Of a stretch of DNA of 64,000 nucleotides, positions 57,986 through 64,000 are shown piece by piece. Positions within the stretch are counted from its first letter, which is position 1; each line of letters begins with the position of its first letter. Position numbers and translations under genes: made by a program. The notes below the pieces were generated by a model. The model ran no database searches and was not told the origin of the DNA. It saw only the letters and a list, made by a program, of their open reading frames with translations. The DNA is from Alphaproteobacteria bacterium (lineage in GTDB: Bacteria; Pseudomonadota; Alphaproteobacteria; Rs-D84; SZUA-605). Location: assembly GCA_031549385.1 (NCBI GenBank), contig JAVBPW010000001.1, positions 160,001 through 224,000 on the forward strand, given 5' to 3'.

Positions 57986-59032
57986 TTAGAAATTTCTTCT
58001 GTATCCAACAAATATAGATGTATTAAACATATTATTTGTTCCAATTAAATCTTCTGAAATTTCATTGTTTCCAATACCCCATGTTACTAATCCTAAATTA
58101 GTAAACTTAACACCCATTTCAATTGAAGATGTTTGACCTAATACATAACTTGTTCCTGCAATGATATTCCATGCAAATGATGTTTCAATTTTTGTATATT
58201 CTGGATAGTAACAACTTGAATTCCATTCACCAGTGGAAGCACAACTTGAATACTTAAAGAATGACCCACCTGATGGATCAGACATTTCACCTTCTGGATC
58301 AAGTAGCGTTGTCTTTGTTTGGTTAATAGCAATACCAACTCCTACTCCAACAAAAGGAATAAAATCACCCTTTTTTGCTGTTTCACCTTTTTTATTAAAA
58401 TCATAAATAACATTAAACATAAATGTAGATGAATTAATATCACTTTCTACAGCTGTTGTAAGATTATTATCTATATTTGCTTCATAAGCACCATCTGATG
58501 CGTCTTGCATATAACCTTTTAAGAAAGGTGATGATTTATATTTTAAATTAAGATATTGAGCAGCTTCAACTTCAATTCTTATATTTGAATCTTGTTTTAC
58601 ACGTCCTCCAAATGCAAAAGAAAAATATCCCACATAAGTTTTTAAATCTTCACCTATTTCCCAATCATGGAAATTAGCAATTGAAGGATTAAGACTTATC
58701 AATTCACCTTCTGCAGGAGCATTATCATCAGTTCCTGGAGGGTTTTGGTATCTTGGACCATAGAACACTCTTTGAGCACCTGGAGTTGTTGCACAATCTA
58801 GAGCACTTGATGTACCTTCTCCACAACGCCATACTTCATCATAATAAACTTGCATACGATTAATTTCATTACTTGGAGAATTCATAAAATATGCAAAACC
58901 ACCTCGGATAGCTATATAAATAAATCCACCTTCACCCTTATTTGGTGTACCAAATGTACGAAGACCAGCTTGAGCAAATGCCCCACTGGTTGCAAAAAAA
59001 GCAAGCAAAGCTATTGATAATGATTTCTTCAT
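57986..59032 (-). CDS. Outer-membrane beta-barrel protein with long Cys-containing loops
   Basis: Signal peptide, RIEVE, FMFNVIYDF, PFVGVGVG, FAW, terminal VGYRRNF. Confidence 0.8.
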   Translation of the reverse strand: MKKSLSIALLAFFATSGAFAQAGLRTFGTPNKGEGGFIYIAIRGGFAYFMNSPSNEINRMQVYYDEVWRCGEGTSSALDCATTPGAQRVFYGPRYQNPPGTDDNAPAEGELISLNPSIANFHDWEIGEDLKTYVGYFSFAFGGRVKQDSNIRIEVEAAQYLNLKYKSSPFLKGYMQDASDGAYEANIDNNLTTAVESDINSSTFMFNVIYDFNKKGETAKKGDFIPFVGVGVGIAINQTKTTLLDPEGEMSDPSGGSFFKYSSCASTGEWNSSCYYPEYTKIETSFAWNIIAGTSYVLGQTSSIEMGVKFTNLGLVTWGIGNNEISEDLIGTNNMFNTSIFVGYRRNF

Positions 59033-59139
59033 TCTTCCCCTTAAAGATACTTCGACTATTATTTTACATCATTTGAAAATTCATTTCAAGATATAATTTT
59101 TATTGCTAATAGTTATTATAATTGCTATAACAACTTCTT

Positions 59140-59826
59140 ATGGAAAAGTATTTAGAAATTTTAAAAAATTATAAATCTGATAGCGTTTTTAATCCTTGGG
59201 GACAAAGCGATAAAGAACATGATATAGGTAATGAAGCTCCAAAAATCAGATTTAATAATCTAACTCAATATTTAAAGCAACGTGAGAATGCTAAATATCT
59301 TTTAATTGCAGAAGCTTTAGGATACCAAGGAGGACATTTTTCTGGAATCGCTATGACTTCTGAGAGACAATTATTAAGCGATAACGAAACTATGTTTGAA
59401 AAGATATTTAAAGGTCCTAAACAACGTACTAGTTGTTCTTTGAAGTTATCAAATAAGGGATTAAATAATTTATCTCAAAATGGGTTTGCTGAACCAACTG
59501 GAACTATTGTTTGGAATACACTGTCTTCTCTTATGGGAGATACTTATAATTGGATTAATTGGAACACCTATCCTTTTCACCCATATAAATCTGAAGGTAT
59601 TCTTACAAACAGAACTCCATCAAAAAAAGAAGTTGAAGAAGCTGAATATTTTTTATCAGAATTCTTAAAAGCATTTGGAGAAGGTAAAGAAATAATTGCC
59701 ATTGGAAACTATAGCGAATTAGTTTTAACTAAATTAAATAAAAAATTTATCAAAGTTCGCCACCCAGCAAATGGAGGTGCTGGCAAGTTCAAAAACCAAG
59801 TATCAGATTTTTTAAAAAACAAATAA
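59140..59826 (+). CDS. Uracil-DNA glycosylase superfamily protein
   Basis: AEALGYQGGHFSGIAMTSE, PFHP, NRTP, RHPANGG. Confidence 0.85.
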   Translation: MEKYLEILKNYKSDSVFNPWGQSDKEHDIGNEAPKIRFNNLTQYLKQRENAKYLLIAEALGYQGGHFSGIAMTSERQLLSDNETMFEKIFKGPKQRTSCSLKLSNKGLNNLSQNGFAEPTGTIVWNTLSSLMGDTYNWINWNTYPFHPYKSEGILTNRTPSKKEVEEAEYFLSEFLKAFGEGKEIIAIGNYSELVLTKLNKKFIKVRHPANGGAGKFKNQVSDFLKNK

Positions 59827-59851
59827 AAAACCGGCATTTAAGCCGGTTTTA
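59826..59851. terminator. Bidirectional terminator
   Basis: AAAAACCGGC-ATTTAA-GCCGGTTTT. Confidence 0.75.
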
Positions 59852-59857
59852 TTTTTA

Positions 59858-62800
59858 TTATTTGTTAGGTAAATCTGGTATTGCCATTGTAGCACCTTCG
59901 TTTACTTTTGTTTGGCTTCCAGCTTTATTTGTCCACCAGCATCCGTAAGAATTTGTCGGCCATCCCATTGTAGCTTCATCACAAGTTAATGTATTGCTTG
60001 ATGTTACTACTTTAGATCTTGATTCATAGTTTTTACCAAAAAGTTTCTTCTTTTTGTATCCACGTGAGTTAACTGTAAAGTTACATGTGTTATTACTCCA
60101 CACTTGTCCTTGTTCAGCACACCATGTTTTATTTGCCTCAATTTTTCTTGCAGCTTCTGCAGCTTGAGCAGCAGCAGCGTCTGCGGCAGCAGCAGCAGCG
60201 TTAGCAGCTGAGTCTTCAGCACTTCCTACTGCTTCTACTAATACTATTCCTGCAACTGATCCTGGAACTGCTTTTTCTGCATCGTATTCTGCTTTTGTTA
60301 AACATGTTTCAACACCTGTTAATGATACACCAGAGAAACGACATCCACAATTTTGTTTTGCTGTGTCAAACATATATCTGTCTGTTCCTTTTGCTAAACA
60401 TTGTGCTTCTGCTGCAGTATCTCCTAATTTTGCTATTCTGTTTCTAATTGGTAACCAAACAGTATCTAGCTTTGGAGTTGATGCTGAAACTGATGATGGA
60501 TATGTTCTTTCTATTGTATAAATAGGAGCTTTTGTTCTTGAGTATGTTCCTACTTCAACTTGCTTTTCAATAACATCCCATTCGCACATTTCAGCAGCAT
60601 CAGCTGTTGCTGAGAATTTAAGTTTATCGATTGTTAAAGTTGTACATCCTACATAACCTTCACCGCAATTTTGCTTCATGTAATCTTCTACTTTCTTCAT
60701 ACATTCTGCATCTGTGTATCCGTATTTTTTAATAATAGAATCTGAGAATGTTTGCCAGATTGCATCAGGATTTGCCGAACGATTTAATTGAGTTACACAT
60801 GAAAGTTTTGCGCTGTCAATTTCTGTTCTGTTTCTGCATTCTGCATAATCAGATCCACAGATTTTATCCATACATGTTGTTAATCCATTATATACTTCTG
60901 AGTCTGATACGTCTGTTAGATTATCATTAATCATAGAGTTGATAATATCATCCCAGATTGCATTTGTGATTTCTGTTGGAGATGATGCCCATGTGTTTGC
61001 ATCTGCATTTTCACCACTGTATGTGCTTGCACATTTATTGATAATATCTCCACAAGCGGTCTTTGCACGATTTTGAACATCTGCTAAGAACTTAGCTTCG
61101 CCTTTTACTGCTACTGTTCCTGCTGTTAAACATTTTCCAAAGTCTGCACCACATTCTTCAGCTACACAAGATCTTGATTGCTTAAAGCATTCTGAACCTG
61201 ATAATTGTGAACGTGATAGAGCTAGTCTTGTAAATGTTGCCCAGAATTCGTCTTTTTGAGTTTGTGTTTTTAATTCTGTACATCTTTCCATTGAGCTTTC
61301 ACAGAATTTTCTTCTGTCGTTTAATGTAGATTGATTGTAACATTGAGCATATCCTTCACCACATACTGCTTCGTTTTGCATACATGAAGCCATATCTGTT
61401 AAACATTGTGAATTGCTTCTTCCTGCACGTGCTATTGCATTGCCTTTGAAAGCTTTCCAAATAACATCTGTTTGTGCGTCTGTTCTTAAACTTTCACTTG
61501 CAACTGCTGGCATGTTTGCACCTTTACATTGAGCAAGTACTGATGAACAATTAATCTTTCTTGCTTCCATAAGTTCATCTGTATAACATTTTTCAAAATT
61601 CTTTCCACATAAAGAATCTTTTTCCATACAGTTATAAAGTTCTGTAGCACATTGTTCTGCATTGTATTTGTTTGAACTTTCTAAATCATATTTAGATGCT
61701 GCCATTTGATATTTGTTATATGCATTTTGTTGAACCACTGTTAATTCTTTTATCTTTGTATCAATTTCTTTTGAATATGCACGGCAATCATTTCCCACTG
61801 ATGTACCATAAGAAGATTCAACTCGTTTACGTGATTCAGTTGGACATAATTCTAATACTGTTGCACAATTTTTGTTTGCATCTTTTAATAATGCATCACC
61901 TTCTTTTCTTACTGTCTTATTTGATACTTCACCAAGATAAAGATCATAGATATCAATACTGTCTAAATCGAATCCATCTTTTTGTGCTACACCTAAACCT
62001 TGTTTGCTTAATTCTTCAACTGTCACTTCTTTTAAAGCTGTTGCAAAATCTTTACCTTCTAAATCAGCTTTCTTTTTTGCAAGTGGTAAATATTCTGTTT
62101 GAGCTGTTAATTGGTTTATTGTTGCAACTATACCTTCTCTTTTTGTTTCTTTTTCATTAAATCCTGACATTGACCCTGAACATAAACATCTTCCCATGAT
62201 AGAATCTTCTGCTGTATCTTTACAGAATGTATCCATACATGTGTAGTATTCTTCACGACATGCTTTTTCATCAGCTAATTGAGCTGCTACTTGTTCTTTT
62301 GTTTTTGTTACTTCTGTTTTTGTTCCATCAATTCCAGCTGCTTTTAACGCATCAGCTACTGATGTTGTTGAAGTAGTAGTTGTAGTTGCTGCTGTTCCTG
62401 CTGTTGCTGCTTTAACTGTTAAATTTGAAACACCTGCACGGCGTGATACTGCTGATCGTGCTTCACTTGTTGTTGCTACAGTTCTTCCAGTTCTTGCGGA
62501 TCTTGCACCTGCTGCTGTTGTACGAGTACCTGTTGCTACTCCTCTTGCTGAACGTGCACCTGCTGCTGATGTTGTTCCTCTTGCTGAACGTGCTGCACCA
62601 GTTGCTGCGGCTGGAGCTGCACCTCTTGCACTTCTTGCACCGGATGTTGTTGCGGCTGGGGCTGCACCTCTTGCACTTCTTGCACCAGATGTTGCTGTTG
62701 GAGTTGCTACTCCTCTTGCACTTCTTGCGCCGGATGTTGCTGTTGGAGTTGCTACTCCTCTTGCTGGAGCTGCTGATCTTGCCTGTCTTGTAGTTGTTAC

Positions 62801-62902
62801 AGTAACTTCTTCTTCAATTATCTCTTCAACTTGGGCGAAAGATAGCGTTGAAATAGGCATTATTGCTAATGAAATTAGGAATATTTTTAATAATTTGTTC
62901 AT
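59858..62902 (-). CDS. Large secreted Cys-rich repeat protein
   Basis: Signal peptide, GARSARG repeats, about five C-x6-C...CG-x2-[FY]-x2-C units, Ala-rich helix, C-terminal domain shared with the next gene. Confidence 0.85.
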   Translation of the reverse strand: MNKLLKIFLISLAIMPISTLSFAQVEEIIEEEVTVTTTRQARSAAPARGVATPTATSGARSARGVATPTATSGARSARGAAPAATTSGARSARGAAPAAATGAARSARGTTSAAGARSARGVATGTRTTAAGARSARTGRTVATTSEARSAVSRRAGVSNLTVKAATAGTAATTTTTSTTSVADALKAAGIDGTKTEVTKTKEQVAAQLADEKACREEYYTCMDTFCKDTAEDSIMGRCLCSGSMSGFNEKETKREGIVATINQLTAQTEYLPLAKKKADLEGKDFATALKEVTVEELSKQGLGVAQKDGFDLDSIDIYDLYLGEVSNKTVRKEGDALLKDANKNCATVLELCPTESRKRVESSYGTSVGNDCRAYSKEIDTKIKELTVVQQNAYNKYQMAASKYDLESSNKYNAEQCATELYNCMEKDSLCGKNFEKCYTDELMEARKINCSSVLAQCKGANMPAVASESLRTDAQTDVIWKAFKGNAIARAGRSNSQCLTDMASCMQNEAVCGEGYAQCYNQSTLNDRRKFCESSMERCTELKTQTQKDEFWATFTRLALSRSQLSGSECFKQSRSCVAEECGADFGKCLTAGTVAVKGEAKFLADVQNRAKTACGDIINKCASTYSGENADANTWASSPTEITNAIWDDIINSMINDNLTDVSDSEVYNGLTTCMDKICGSDYAECRNRTEIDSAKLSCVTQLNRSANPDAIWQTFSDSIIKKYGYTDAECMKKVEDYMKQNCGEGYVGCTTLTIDKLKFSATADAAEMCEWDVIEKQVEVGTYSRTKAPIYTIERTYPSSVSASTPKLDTVWLPIRNRIAKLGDTAAEAQCLAKGTDRYMFDTAKQNCGCRFSGVSLTGVETCLTKAEYDAEKAVPGSVAGIVLVEAVGSAEDSAANAAAAAADAAAAQAAEAARKIEANKTWCAEQGQVWSNNTCNFTVNSRGYKKKKLFGKNYESRSKVVTSSNTLTCDEATMGWPTNSYGCWWTNKAGSQTKVNEGATMAIPDLPNK
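62495..62790 (-). repeat. Coding tandem repeats encoding (G)ARSAR(G) units
   Basis: Repeated CCTCTTGCACTTCTTGC / GTTGCTGTTGGAGTTGCTACT blocks, about 45-bp period. Confidence 0.8.
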
Positions 62903-63031
62903 CTCCAGATCCTTTAAAATTTTGTATACTTGGTTATTATATCATAATTTTCATATGTTTAAAAGTGCTTTTTGAAAAATAATAAAAAAAATAACCAGAA
63001 TTTCTTCTGGCTATTTTTATTTTTTCATACT

Positions 63032-64000
63032 TTATCTGTATGGTAGAGCTGGGATTGATAAGTATTGTCCTTCTCTTACTGTTACACCATTTGGTAACCA
63101 ACATCCATATGCATTTGTTGAGAATCCCATGTAACTTTTGTTACAATACATTGTTGATCCTGCTGAGTAAACTCTTGTTCTTGTTTCATAACATGATTTT
63201 AAGTTCAAGAACCCACAACGTTCATATCCACGTGATGTTACTGTGAAGTTACATGTTGTACCTGTCCATGATCCACCATTTAGTGCACACCATGCTCTGT
63301 TGTTTGACACAACTTGAGCAGCACGAGCAATAGCAGCAGCGGCATCAGCAGCAGCTTTTGCAGCAGCAGCACTCATAGCTAGTTCAGCTTCAAGTTTTGC
63401 TCTTTCTGCAGCTACTTCAGCAGATGTTTTACATGATCCGTCAGATTTCATACCATTAACACAAGTACATGCTTCATTAGCCCATGTTCCTGATGAACCT
63501 GTACATTTTGTATATGCTTCTTTTGCTACACATGATCCATTTGATGCTAGTGAGTGACCAACTGGACATGAACAAGTTCTGTTTGTATCGTTCCATGTTC
63601 CTTTTGTTCCTGTACAATTTGTATATTCAGATAATTTTGTACATGATCCTTCTGCATTTGTTGTGTGTCCTACTGGGCAAGCACATTTATCACCTGACCA
63701 TGTTCCACCACTTGCATTACAGTTTGTTAAATTACCTGTTGCTTTACAGAAACTTAGAGAGTCTGTTGCATAGCCACTTGGACATGAACATGATGATCCG
63801 TTCCAATTTCCACTTGATGACTTACAATTGTCTTCTTTTGATACTACACAAGATGTTCCTTGTAATGTGTATCCTGTTGGACATGAACATGTTCTTGCAC
63901 TGTTATTCCATGAACCATTTGAACCTACACATTGTTGGTATTGAGGTAAGATTTCACATCTTGTTCCTGATAATGCATACCCTGTGTTCAAACAGCTACA
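63032..64000 (-). CDS. Cys-rich EGF-like repeat surface protein, 5'-truncated by the window edge
   Basis: Frame open to the edge; five C-x4-G-x-W...C-x-C-(P)-x-G units; C-terminal domain paralogous to the 59858 gene. Confidence 0.85.
   Translation of the reverse strand, partial: CSCLNTGYALSGTRCEILPQYQQCVGSNGSWNNSARTCSCPTGYTLQGTSCVVSKEDNCKSSSGNWNGSSCSCPSGYATDSLSFCKATGNLTNCNASGGTWSGDKCACPVGHTTNAEGSCTKLSEYTNCTGTKGTWNDTNRTCSCPVGHSLASNGSCVAKEAYTKCTGSSGTWANEACTCVNGMKSDGSCKTSAEVAAERAKLEAELAMSAAAAKAAADAAAAIARAAQVVSNNRAWCALNGGSWTGTTCNFTVTSRGYERCGFLNLKSCYETRTRVYSAGSTMYCNKSYMGFSTNAYGCWLPNGVTVREGQYLSIPALPYR

Noticed and set aside
62495-62790. Possible CRISPR-like or non-coding repeat array
   Set aside because: Repeats are in frame within a CDS, vary at synonymous positions and lack unique spacers; no cas genes are seen.

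Overview
AT-rich bacterial chromosome segment. Gene content points to an alphaproteobacterium (MucR/Ros, one-Cys DksA, zinc-free L36, SH3_4 protein, VirB8-9-10); this assignment is inference. Most of the window is housekeeping: thrS, rho, recR, engB-yidC-yidD-rnpA-rpmH, trmB, mutS, prmC, recF, rlpA, tgt, ychF, era, dnaB, priA, suf genes, dksA, fabZ-lpxD-skp, lgt and three tRNAs. Four things stand out. (1) A 7.6-kb element integrated in tRNA-Gly(GCC) with a perfect 46-bp att duplication. It encodes a tyrosine integrase, an excisionase-like HTH, a HUH-Rep-like protein, a phage KGG/TerS-like protein and an REase-STAND NTPase, so it looks like a minimal phage satellite carrying defence cargo. (2) Two divergent copies of a ~190-nt structured leader (6458-6655 inside the island, 11582-11777 just outside attR). 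Their helices covary, and each has an internal antisense segment matching its own upstream target and its own RBS, resembling a C4/CI-type antisense switch placed in front of cell-surface genes. (3) A stand-alone T4SS core cluster: small lipoprotein, VirB8, VirB9-SPOR and an extended VirB10, whose C-terminal ~43-aa module is duplicated on a downstream membrane-anchored protein. (4) Large secreted Cys-rich repeat proteins sharing a C-terminal domain. All family calls come from motif recognition by eye; no searches were run.
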